Assembly (NCBI RefSeq): GCF_006345805.1
Contig: NC_043010.1
Coordinates: 26,288,001 to 26,352,000 of the forward strand
DNA: 64,000 nt
From: Octopus sinensis
Taxonomy: Eukaryota
Direction: 5' to 3'
In this document: positions 52,347 to 63,446 of the stretch, one piece after another
Layout: the number at the start of each line of letters is the position of its first letter
Numbering within the stretch: the first letter of the stretch is position 1
The notes under the pieces: generated by a model
Databases searched by the model: none
What the model saw: only the letters and a program-made list of their open reading frames with translations
Told to the model about the DNA's origin: nothing
Translations under genes and position numbers: made by a program

Positions 52347-54845
52347 TTTTACATAAAAAATATCATTCATTCCATTTTATGTTTGTGTGTTATGCTTTGA
52401 AGCAGTAGACTACCCAGAAATCTTCAACTTGGATCCAGCAAAAGAATACACTCCAAATCCTTGTTAGAATACTCATGCAAGCAAAGCAAAGACTGATTAA
52501 ACTGTAACAGCTTGGAGTCATAAAATGGTTGATAATAAAGTCAAACTAATTATAGATATTCTGAATGTATTTAATACATTTGTTTCAGATGATTATGCGA
52601 GAGAGAAAGAATTCGTCTTTTACATAAAACTTTCTTCAGTTAAGACATTTTTAAATATATTCCTTATAAAATAAAGATAAAAGAATGCAAATTGCTTAAA
52701 TTCACAACTTAATGGCAGTGATATGAAAAGGAAAAGGAAAAAAGAAGAAACAGGGACAAAGGAAAATATAAATCAAACCCTAAAATTTGTTTTCAATTTT
52801 TTAGGTTTCAAATTTGCCAAAAGAATCTACCTCGGTTTGTCAGATGAAAGACCATTTTTTTTATGGCAATAGTTGGCTGGTTTAACAGGATCCAGCTAAC
52901 CACAAGGCTGTGCCAAACCCCACTGTTGGCTTTGGCATGGCTTCCACAGCAAGACATCCTTCCTAATGCCAATCACCTAATAGAGTCTACTGGGTCCTAT
53001 TGTTGTTTTTTTTCTTGCCCACAGCACTAGTGAGGTGACCAAGTAATCTAGCCTCACAGAAAAGGGAAAAAGACCCCATGACTATGTGTTGATGGGAAGT
53101 ATTGCAAGGAGGAGGTGATTTTATACCAGATGCAGATGTACGACAGAGGGACAAGAATAAGTATCCTGCATTGATGCGGTTACATGGTTGCTCCCCCTTC
53201 CCCCATTAGGCTTATTTTTCTTTAGGCCAGCAGACTTGTATTAGTTGTTTTGATGTGTGTGTTCGTGCATTAATTGTATTGTGATACATGTATGGTTCCC
53301 ATACCAAAATTTTAATTAAAACAAACAAATTAACACATGACAGCTGAAGCACGGCCCTAATGGTCAAAAAGCCTTTAGTAAGAAAATTTTAATGAATTTG
53401 CTAAGAATATAAGAAATAACACAGATGCCAAATAGTTGGATAGCTGAGTTGACACCACAACCAAGCCACAGTAGTTCCACTTAATTGGTCAATTAACAAG
53501 CCAATCAGAGTCAAACCAACACATGAATCAACTTTCTAGAACTTTCTCATTTAGCCCTGTATAAAGGTGGATTTTGGTGGTAACCCCAGAATGTTGAGGC
53601 CATTTCTTAACTTCTCAAGTCTTCATTATCTCACCAGTTATTGGCAAATAGAAGACACAGATTTTGTTGTCATAAATATGGAGCAATCATTTTCCAATTG
53701 TGATAGGCCAACCTCAATTGCTATGCCTGTTAAATTGTTGTAGATCCCAACAATGTGTCTCTCCCAGTGTGTAACTGACATTGTTATTTTTTATCCCAGG
53801 ATCAACACAGAAAGCAGTGTGAGCAGTAAATAAAGAGCTGTTGTTTGCAAGTGCTGTTCATTACTCCTATGCCCAACCCTAGAAATACGTTTTCATTCAC
53901 CAGCAACAACCACAACAACAACAACAAATCCAAAACATATTCAATTCTTAAAAATAAAACCCATGAAGGTATGGACACACTGAACTTCATTGTTCAAACC
54001 AGTTGTAAAAAACTAATAAGAAAACACCAAAAATCTAAAATAAAAAAAACCCATAAACAGTTGTGTATTTAACGAAACAAATATAAAAGAAAAGCTGTTG
54101 CTTATGTGCATTTGTGTGTAACCCAACACAATGTGTTGCATGGACAGGCCATCAGCAACAAAACTGGCAACATTACCAAGCTGCCAAGAAAGCAGGGTAG
54201 GTTTTGTTGGATTCTTTGCAGATGGAAAACAAAACCTGTCAAAGGGAAGATGAACTTGGTAGAGTCAATGGCCACCCAACAAATGGGAGTCAGAGATCCG
54301 TCTGTTACCCTTTGTTTAGACATCTCTCTAAGATAAGAAAAACTCTAATGTAACATTTGTGGCTTTGTTTGCATCCAGTGATGTAGATTAATCTTTCCTC
54401 TTGAGAAAATATATATATGTTGTTTAGAGAGTGGGATTGACTCTGTGAAGGCCTTTCTGTAATTTAAAAGGAACAGGCATCAATTGATTTTTAAAATCTT
54501 TGTTATGTCTAATATATTATGGCTGGCCATAGCTTTTAAAAAGCAAAAACATACAAAGAAAAATTCCACGATGGCATGAAAGCATGAATCAGTATCGTTG
54601 GTAAGTTTGCCTAACACCTATTGCAAGAGGTGTCCATTGTTTTCACACTTGTGAGAAAGAGCGTAAGTTCCTAGCAGGACTGAAGAACTACATCCAGTAT
54701 TCCTCAAAGCAGCTTGATTTCTAGCAGCACCATCACTTGAACAATCAAATTGCAGCCATCATGTGCATGTGAGTGTGTGTGTGCATGTGTACATATATGT
54801 ATGTGTGTGTGTAAATATATATATATATATTGTGTATATGTATAT

Positions 54846-55275
54846 AAGAACACAAAAGGCGTGTAAAATTTACAGCAGCTGTTTCAGTCGAATTTTGTTG
54901 ATGTATCCATTGATCACATCATAGGACATAATGCATTATCTTCAGGTAAAATTTTAATCATGTATAAACAGGTGACAGAGTATTCTGATGATGTTTTGGA
55001 TAAGTGGTATTTTAAATAAGAACATTCAGATTTATAGAAAAATTAGAAGGCGTGGCTATAAAGAGTATGTAAGAAGCAGAGAGATCAAACGATTCTATTA
55101 CTTCAAAACATTTATCTTAATTAGTTTATAGCCAATACTGGCTTCTGAAAACATACAAGAAACCAAACATGCTGTAGCCAAGAGATGTCCTTAAGCCAGG
55201 AAGATATGTTGTCAGTTAAGTGAGATAAAAGAAAGCAAACCTCAGGGCAGCAAAAAGCCATAAATCTGTCATTAA
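54846..55275 (-). mobile_element. PLE-type repeat with decayed hammerhead (54869-54950); inverted homolog at 58999-59442
   Basis: Minus strand TTTAC-CTGAAGA-..-GAAA-CAGCTG-CT-GTAAA. Shared blocks such as GAGATAAAAGAAAGCAAA.CTCAGGGCAGCA and CATCATAGGACATAAT are found inverted at 59.0-59.4 kb. Confidence 0.6.
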
Positions 55276-55611
55276 TTTCTTACACATGTATACACCCACA
55301 CACTCACATGTACATTCACATATATACAGACGCACAAACATATGTACACACACTCACATAAATACATACATAGCCATACTCTCTTTTACTCTTTTACCCT
55401 TTTGTTTCAGTCATTTGACTGCAACCGTGCTGGAGCACCACCTTTAGTCGAACTAATCGACACCCAGAACTTATTCTTTGTAAGCCTAGTACTTATTTTA
55501 TCGGAATCTTTTGCTGAACCACTAAGTTACAGGGATGTAAATACACCAACATCAGTTGTCAAGCCACTGTGGGGGAACAAACACAGACACACAAACATAT
55601 ACATACATATA

Positions 55612-56855
55612 TTGGGTTGTCAGGAAAGTTCATGCCGATTTATAGCAGCTTACCTTCTGACTTATTTTAGAACATGGTTGAGTCCATAAAATAGGATTTG
55701 ACTACACCTCCATTTAGAGCACAGTTTAAGCTATCTTTTCATGAAAGAAAGTTTATGTTCCTATAACTTGTGTTAATTTTGTAACCCTTTAAAATGGAAG
55801 ATAAGAAAGTTCATTTCGGCACTTGATGCTTTTCTTTTTCCGTAAAGGGAAATATGCCTCACAAGCAACCAAAGAAATATGCGCAGTTTACAGTGATATT
55901 TCTTTATCTGAAAGAACAGTACAGAAGTGGTTCGCAAGGTTCCAAGCTGGAGATTGTAGTCTTATTGATAAAGAGCGATCAGGCAGATCATCCACTACAG
56001 ATGATGATCAAATCAAGTCATTAATTGAGAATAACCCAAATTGCATGACCTGTGAATTGGTAGAAAGCCTCAACCTATCAAAATCTGTCATTCATGAGCA
56101 CCTGATAAAGCTTGGGTACACAAATTGCTACGATGTTTGGCTACCACATGAGTTCAGTGATTCACTTTATAAAATGAATGAAAACGCGCCTTTTTTAAAG
56201 TAAATTGTGACAGGTGATGAGAAATGGATTATCTACCGAAATGTTCAGAGAAAGCGATCCTGGAGTAAGCAACATGAGCCACCCTTAACCATCCCAAAAG
56301 CGGGACTTTACCCTAAAAAAGTCTTGCTTTGCGTCTGGTGGGAATGGAAAGGAATTCTGCACTATGAGCTTCTCTCAAGTAACCAGACAATTAATTACAA
56401 GAAATACTGCACACAACTGGATGAGTTAAAAGCAGCAATTCAAGAGAAACATCCAGAATTGGCCAACAGGAAGGATGTTGTTTTCCAACATGATAATGCA
56501 AGACTGCATTGGGAACCAGACAAAAATTGCTGCAGCTCGGCTGGGATATGTTACCCCACCCTTCATATTCACCAAATATTGCCCCTTCAGATTTCCACTT
56601 ATTCAGGTCTCTGCAGAATAGTCTTAATGGTAAAAATTCAATTCCTTGGATGACATAAAAAGATACCTTTTGATGAATTCTTTGCCATGAAACCACCTCA
56701 ATTCTGGGAAGAGGGTATTTTCAAGTTAAAGGAAAGATGGAGACGTATTGTGCAACAAAATGGTTCATATTTGGTTGATTAAAATTATAATGGCAAGTAT
56801 TTATTGACCTTTTTCTTTCCTTTAAAAATTGGCACAATCTTTCCGGACAACCTAA
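55612..56855 (+). mobile_element. Near-full-length mariner (DD34D), mellifera-subfamily-like, pseudogenised transposase at about 55794-56782
   Basis: TA-TTGGGTTGTCAGGAAAG ... CTTTCCGGACAACCTAA-TA. Peptides MEDKKVHF..LFFFRKGK..QKWFARF..WLPHE..VTGDEKWI..HDNAR. Confidence 0.93.
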
Positions 56856-56884
56856 TATATATGTATGTATGTATGTATGTATAT

Positions 56885-57082
56885 CCAGCCACCATGATTG
56901 ATTGCCAGCTGCAAAAGCTTTTTTTATTCTCTCTCTGTTTATTTCCTTGTGTTCCTTTCTGTTGAAGAGCGTAGGCTCAAAACATAAAAGACTTTCTCAC
57001 CTTCCTGAGTGTTAAACTAATACACCTGCTTGTTGTTTATACACCTGTCTTTGTCTTTTGTTTTTCTGTAAATTTCAACTAT
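56885..57082 (+). mobile_element. Solo PLE pLTR with decayed minimal hammerhead at 56955-56990
   Basis: CTTT-CTGTTGA-AGAGCGTAGGCTC-AAAACATA-AAAG. Confidence 0.7.
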
Positions 57083-57329
57083 ATATAAATAAATAAATAT
57101 AAATATATATATATATATATATAATATATATATATATATGTATATATATATTTGTGTTTGTGTGTGTACGACAGGCTTCTTTCAGTTTCCATCTACCAAA
57201 TCCACTCACAAGGCTTTAGTCAGCCTGAAACTAAAACAGAAGACACTTGCCCAAGGTGTCACATAGCGGGACTGAACCCAGAACCATGTGTTTGGTAAGC
57301 AATCTATTTACCACACAGCCACCACTGTG

Positions 57330-58587
57330 CAAGAAAGTTCTTGCAGAATTTTTTATTTTGGCTTTAAATGATGTATTTTTAAATTAATTTTCATTAAATT
57401 ACTTTGACTTTATATATCATTTTAAAGCCTGTATTTTGCCCTATCTAATCGTGTTACTCTTTTTCTTTTTGAATAATTAAGCCATTTTTTCTGGAACGTT
57501 GAATACAACATGGACAAAAAGCAAATTCGCACAATTTTCTTATTCCATTTCAAGCTAGGCTGAAAAGCTACTGAAACAGCTCGTGATATCAACAATGCGT
57601 TTGGCCCAAGAACCACTAATGAACGTACAGCACAAAGGTGGTTTAAGAAATTTTGTAGCTGTGACAAGAGTCTTGAAGATGAAAAGCATAGTGGTCGGCC
57701 ATCGGATGTTGATAACGATCAACTAAGAGCCTTAGTTGAAGCCAATCCATGCACAACTGTTCGAGAGCTTGCTTCTGAAGTAGACGTAACATGTATGACA
57801 ATTTCCAACCACTTGAAAGAGATTGGAAAAACAAAAATACTTGAGAAATGGGTGCCACACAAATTGAACGACAACCAATTTGAAGTGTCATTTTCCCTTC
57901 TTTTACACAACAAGAACGACCCGTTTCTCAACTGGATTGTGACTTGTGATGAAAAGTGGATTATTCATGACAACTGGTGACACTCAGCTCAGTGGTTGGA
58001 CACCGACAAAGATCCACGGCACTTCCTGAAGCCAAAGTTGCCCCAAAAGAAGGCCATGGTGACTGTTTCGTGGTCTGCGGCCAGTCTCATCCATCACAAC
58101 TTTTTGGATCCAGATGAAAACATTATGGCAGAGAAGTACTGTCAGCAAATGGATGAAATGCATAAGAAACTCTGACAACAACAGCCAACATTTGTCAATA
58201 GAAAAGGACCAATTCTTCTCCACGACAACACTCGGCCACATGTCGCACAACTGACCCTGCAGAAGTTAAACAAATTAGGCTACGAAACTCATCTGCCATA
58301 CTCACCAGACCTCTCGCCTACCGACTAACACTTTTTCAAGCATCTCGACAACTTCCTGCATGAGAAATGCTTCAAAACTGAAGACGATGCCAAACACACC
58401 TTCAATGACTTCATCGCCACCAGAAAGCAGAATTTTTATGCTACTGCATAAATAAACTTGTTTTGCGTTGGCAAAAGTGTGTTGATTCTGATGGTGTTTA
58501 TTTCGATTAATAAAGTTTTGTTTGAGCCGAGATATGTGCAACTGAATTTAAAGGTTAAAAACCGCAAGAACTTCCTTGACAACCAAA
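57330..58587 (+). mobile_element. Mariner (DD34D), cecropia-subfamily/Hsmar1-like, pseudogenised transposase at about 57510-58510; left TIR clipped
   Basis: MDKKQIRTIFLFHFKLG*KATETARDINNAFGP..SGRPSDVDNDQLRA..WVPHKL..VTCDEKWI..LLHDNTRPH..YSPDLSPTD. Right TIR AAAACCGCAAGAACTTCCTTGACAACCAAA-TA. Confidence 0.93.
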
Positions 58588-58998
58588 TACATATATACAA
58601 GAAACATATTTTCCTATTTTTAACCACTTACCTAAAAGACTTCAAATAATACTTCTTGGCTGCTCTTTATCCATACTCAGTCATTTAGTTACGTTACTCA
58701 TCTCATTTAAATATTATTCAAGTCTTTAAATAGTATGTCATTGGCCTCTTGGTTGTGCATTCTCATTTCATTTATATTCACTAAATAGTGAAATATTTCA
58801 TAATCTGTTGTATGACCTCCTAACTCTCTGTTATTTGTCCACACTTTCTTATGTATCTTTTTTTTATATTATAATATTTGATATAAGTATATAAATGTAG
58901 GCTTCTGTGTGTGCGTGCACATGTGTATGTGTGTCTGTGTCTGTATATATATATATATATGTGTGTGTCTGCCTGTGTGTATGTACATGTGTAAAAAA

Positions 58999-59442
58999 AT
59001 GAAGACAGTTTTATGACTTTCTGCTGCCCTGAGATTTGCTTTCTTTTATCTCACTTAACTGCAAGATATATCTTCTTGTCTTTAGTAACCTCAGGACATC
59101 TCTTGGCTACAGCATGTCTGTGTTTTTTGGAGTTCTTACAGCCAATATTATCTATGAACTAATTAAGATAAATGTTTTCAAATAATAGTCTCTTTGCCTC
59201 TCTCATATCCATTACTGCCACACCTTCAAATTTTTCTATAAATTCATGTTATTTTTAAATACCACCTATACAAAACTGTTGGTTGGATTCATCATCATCA
59301 AGGTATTCTCTCACCTGTATACACCTGTTTAAAATTCTACCTGAATGTGATGGATTATGTCCTATGATGTAATCTATGAATATATGAATAAGATTCTACC
59401 GAAGCAGCTGTTCTAAATTTTAAACCCCATTTGTGCTCTTCA
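58999..59442 (+). mobile_element. Second copy of the 54846-55275 repeat, opposite orientation
   Basis: TGCTGCCCTGAGATTTGCTTTCTTTTATCTCACTTAACTG..GGACATCTCTTGGCTACAGCATG..ATTATGTCCTATGATG. Confidence 0.7.
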
Positions 59443-59810
59443 ATATATACTTACACTTATATATATATACAAAGTGAGATAGGGGTTATGAGTGTAACCC
59501 ACTATGGGATATCATTTATACAATATACTGCCAGTAAAGTACCCAGAAAGGCTAATACATAAATGCTAACAATTGCAATGCAATTAATTAATTTATTGTA
59601 TTATATGGGCGAAGGTAAAATGTTTTACCTCAAATTCATAATACAAAATAAGAAAATGGAGGAATAGATTTCTTCCAATCATCAACTACTAGATAATACC
59701 AATTCATATAATTTATTAACTAATTATTTAGGAACATCCAGATCAAACAGAATAAAACAGTACACATCAATAAGTAAAATAATACCATAAGAACAATACA
59801 TATAAAATGG

Positions 59811-59936
59811 ATCTTACAGCTGTTTCAGCCTGTAGATAAGAGTATCTCATTATGCTCATATTAGTCAGATGTATTGAGGTAATATGCAGTTAAAAATGAG
59901 TTACTTATAAATATATCTCAAGGCCTCGTCAGAGAT
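59811..59936 (-). ncRNA. Type I hammerhead ribozyme with intact core and 99-nt stem II, in a PLE-type repeat (about 59470-60020)
   Basis: Minus strand ATCT-CTGACGA-GGCCT..(long hairpin)..AGGCT-GAAA-CAGCTG-TA-AGAT. Confidence 0.75.
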
Positions 59937-60126
59937 TATAAAGTACAATTATAAAGGTATAAAATGAAGATATAAAGTGCAAATATGAATATTAAAGAAA
60001 GTACACATATACAAGAATAAGCATATATACATATATACATATACATATAAGTGTATATGCACCTACATATACATATATACAAGTATATACATAATAATAT
60101 ACATACACATACACATATATATATAT

Positions 60127-60160
<34 letters not shown>

Positions 60161-60311
60161 GGAAAAAAATCTATATACCATATAGATTTCTGGTGCATCC
60201 AAGTTAAGTACCATATTCATGTGAATTCAACACTTGAATCTTAATTGCTTGTACCTTATATATATATATATATATATATACATACATATATATACATTAC
60301 ATATATATATA

Positions 60312-60906
60312 TATATATTTAGTGAGGGAAGAAATGGAGCTGAACGAAGATTTTACAAAATTCCTTTTTATTATTTTCTACATATGTTTCAAAGGCTGCA
60401 AAGTCCCTAATTCGGATTGAATAAGGAGACCATTTTGCAGCTTTCTCTTCAGGAAAAACCAGGAACTTAAATCTCCAACAAAATGCGCAGCAAGCTTTTC
60501 GACAAACGCTCTCTAGAAGCCCATGGTATGAATGGTGCCATTCATACCATGGGCTCCTAGAGAGCGTTTGTCAAAAAGCTTGCTGCGCATTTTGTTGGAG
60601 ATTTAAGTTCCTGGTTTTTCCTGAAGAGAAAGCTGCAAAATGGTCTCCTTATTCAATCCGAATTAGGGACTTTGCAGCCTTTGAAACATATGTAGAAAAT
60701 AATAAAAAGGAATTTTGTAAAATCTTCGTTCAGCTCCATTTCTTCCCTCACTAAATATATAAAACTTCAAATTTCCGCACTAAGGCACGGTTTTGAGAGC
60801 CCATGGTCGTAACCTCAACCGTGATTTTTCTGTTGGGATTTTTGCTACCCAGGTATCGGTTATAATTTGAATAATCCGTAACAAGATAATTCATTTATCC
60901 ATTTCA

Positions 60907-60910
<4 letters not shown>
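60312..60910 (+). mobile_element. Non-coding PLE foldback: 450-bp near-perfect palindrome (60312-60761) plus 3' tail, in (TA)n, with a hammerhead on each strand
   Basis: Arms meet at GAATGG-TG-CCATTC (centre 60536/60537). Hammerheads at 60616-60699(+) and 60374-60457(-). Homologous to 8180-8555. Confidence 0.88.
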
Positions 60911-60954
<44 letters not shown>

Positions 60955-60959
<5 letters not shown>

Positions 60960-61415
60960 AACCAAACATGAAAACACAAAGAGAAAACACAACACAAGGA
61001 CGTGGAACAAGTACAGTATTATTGGACGCTCAGGAAAGAAGGAAAGGAGGGTTTAACGTTTTGAGCGGAGCTCTTCATCAGAAACATAGGAAAAGGAAAG
61101 ATCTAAAGAAGGGAAGACGGAGGAAAAAAAATCGCCAACGGTACACATGCGGTCACATTTTGAATGCAAATTTTTTTCTAAAAAATCGCAGTGGCGCATG
61201 AGAGGCGTGAAGCAGAGTCCCCTACTGAGGAGAGAGCGCTCGGCAGCGGAAAGGGGGTGGGTGGGGTGTATAGTGACAACAGTGCGAGGGAACAAGGCGG
61301 TGGGATGGGTGGGATTAGGAAGAGGGCGTGCAGAGGTGTGGGGAGGAGGGTTGGAATTGTTGGGTGAGGTTGGGTAGGGGTGGGAATGTCAGGGTGGGGT
61401 GTGTGGGTCTGCAGA
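60955..61415 (-). mobile_element. PLE 3' end/pLTR (family of 13605-13768) with minimal hammerhead at 61051-61085
   Basis: Minus strand GTTT-CTGATGA-AGAGCTCCGCTC-AAAACGTTA-AAC, with C-rich UTR upstream and TA flanks. Confidence 0.8.
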
Positions 61416-61492
61416 GGGTATATATATATATATATATATACACACATTACATATATATACATATACATATATATACATACATACATACACAC

Positions 61493-61537
<45 letters not shown>

Positions 61538-61588
61538 TATATATACATATATACCTATACATATATATATACTTATACATATATACAC

Positions 61589-61625
<37 letters not shown>

Positions 61626-61627
61626 TA

Positions 61628-62175
61628 CTAGCTTAAAAGCTGTTCTATCAGGGGGCAGTTTTAAGCTTAGTATATAGCTTCCTGAATGGGAAGATCTGCA
61701 AACAGATCACTAATTTGTTTGAGAGAATTTGTTGCAATTGCTTCCTCCAGAGTCATATCCCAATGAGGATCATATTCATCGCAAAAAAATCATGTAAAAA
61801 AAAATCACTGAAAATAATTACAGTAATGAAAGAATAGATATACAAAATTTCAGGATTGCAGGTCTGGATTCGGTCCAGAATGTTTTTCATTTACTCACAG
61901 TGTTATCCCTTGGATTATAAAAATTGTTATCATACAAAACAATTTGTCACAAAAAGTTACATAAAAGATCACCAAAAACAATCACAGTAATGAAAACTTG
62001 GGGATCTAAACTTTCAGGATTATGGGTCCTGATTCGGCTCATAATGTTTTTAATTTACTCACAGAGTCAGCCTGATTCCAAAATGGTATGATATGTTGGG
62101 CTATGGCCTCTAAGAGTAAAGTTGGGAAAGTGTGACACACTGACATGAACATATATTTTATTATATTATAGTATT
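61628..62175 (-). mobile_element. Putative non-autonomous Helitron with an internal diverged duplication
   Basis: A-CTAG end next to hairpin GCTTAAAAGCTG..CAGTTTTAAGC; 61803-61901 resembles 61968-62064. 5' TC end not clear. Confidence 0.5.
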
Positions 62176-62182
62176 ATATTAA

Positions 62183-62332
62183 GGCGGCAAGCTGGTAGAA
62201 TCGTTAGCACGCCGGGTGAAATGCTTAGAGGTATTTTGTCTGCTGTTAGGTTTTAAGTTCGAATTCCGACAAGGTTGACTTTGCCTTTTATCCTCTCAGA
62301 GGTTGATAAAATTAGTATCAGTTATGTACTGG
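62183..62332 (+). mobile_element. SINE family B, 3'-truncated
   Basis: GGCGGCAAGCTGGTAGAATCGTTAGCACGCCGGG..GTTCGAATTCCG..GACTTTGCCTTT. Confidence 0.85.
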
Positions 62333-62651
62333 TCATCGGCGTGTGACAATCACAGTTGTTGATGAGAAGTAGGTTCCCTTTGAAAATACTGATAAGGCAC
62401 AGAAAGTGTGTCTATGGCCAGCTGGAGGAGGTGTCCTCCTGGGGCTACAAACTACAGTAGCATCCACCCTCAGGGGTTAGCCATATTTAAATGGCAAATA
62501 TGCGTCACGATGTGTTGTAGCTACTGTTTATAACTCGCTCTGAGATTTATTATTGCTTGTTTACACGTTTTCGATATCAGTGTCTATCGATACTGGAAAA
62601 AGGTTTAAGTATTTGTGAAGGGAACCAACTTCTCATTGACAACCATGATTG

Positions 62652-63199
62652 GGACGAGTACAGCTGTCGGCTGGGTCTATGATTAAGATGATACCGCCAA
62701 CTGGACTCTCGAAGGAAGGTGAGGCATGTTTTCACTGCACGGTTGCAGTAATAAAAGAATGCATGTGGCGTACAAGAATGGAAGGAATCGCAATAGGATC
62801 CTTTGTCTCAGGCCCCGGCTTGCTCACTTACTTCAGATATCATCTGAAGAGCAAAATGGGGCTGGAAAAGAAGATCTTACCACGAGGTGTGTATGAAAAA
62901 AGATGGAAGGACGTGGCAAAAAAGGTGGGTGCCAGAAACCCAGCTTAACTATGGATGGAGGAGAGGAAAGAAAAGCTGCGGGGCCTTATAGGTTGCCGGG
63001 GTTTAAAATATCGGTAAGATCACAAGTTAATGTAATGTTGTAATGTTCTATTAAGTCAATGCAAAGGACCATTTAAATTTTGTTTAAGGAATAATCCATA
63101 TATTATGGAAAATTTTTAATCGAACCACTTAACTGTTTTTTGTATGTATGTCCTGTATTGTCCTTCTATGTAATGATTTTCTAATCGTAATAAAGAAAT
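62652..63199 (+). mobile_element. 5'-truncated Tx1-like element (ORF2 C-terminus plus 3' UTR) with 19-bp TSD
   Basis: GRVQLSAGSMIKMIPPTGLSKEGEACF..FRYHLKSK is homologous to GRVGLSAESIVNIVTPPSFKREGRAVF..FKYHLKRK at 17.3-17.6 kb. Ends AATAAAGAAAT. TSD TCAT(T/C)GACAACCATGATTG at 62633-62651 and 63200-63218. Confidence 0.8.
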
Positions 63200-63446
63200 T
63201 CATCGACAACCATGATTGTTACTCGTCTAGGGACCCCTCTTTCATCTGCGTTTTGAGAATTTTGCTGCCTTTTTGTTGAGTGAGTTCGTATTTTTTGTTC
63301 GTCGTTGTTTGTGTTACTCGTGAATTGAACAGTTGTCCGTTGTGTAACAGTAATTTTCGCCCTACGGGGCGGAAAATTCTGTGTTTAAACATTGACATTA
63401 CCTTCGAGGTAATTTTTTTGAAACATTTGTTCTCATAATTTGAGAA

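Larger units (their letters stand above)
55378..57329 (-). mobile_element. SINE family A split by later insertions (3' part 55378-55600, 5' part 57168-57329)
   Basis: The two halves are colinear with the consensus and separated at the internal TA/CA tract. Confidence 0.75.

Noticed and set aside
57510-58510. Domesticated SETMAR-like gene
   Set aside because: It has several stops and deletions, retains a TIR, and has no SET domain nearby.
9700-61677. Many long ORFs rich in YI, HT, CV or LS repeats (for example 11785-12483, 28393-28920, 38040-38537, 45441-45980)
   Set aside because: They are translations of (TA)n, (CA)n and (GA)n microsatellites that lack stop codons in some frames.
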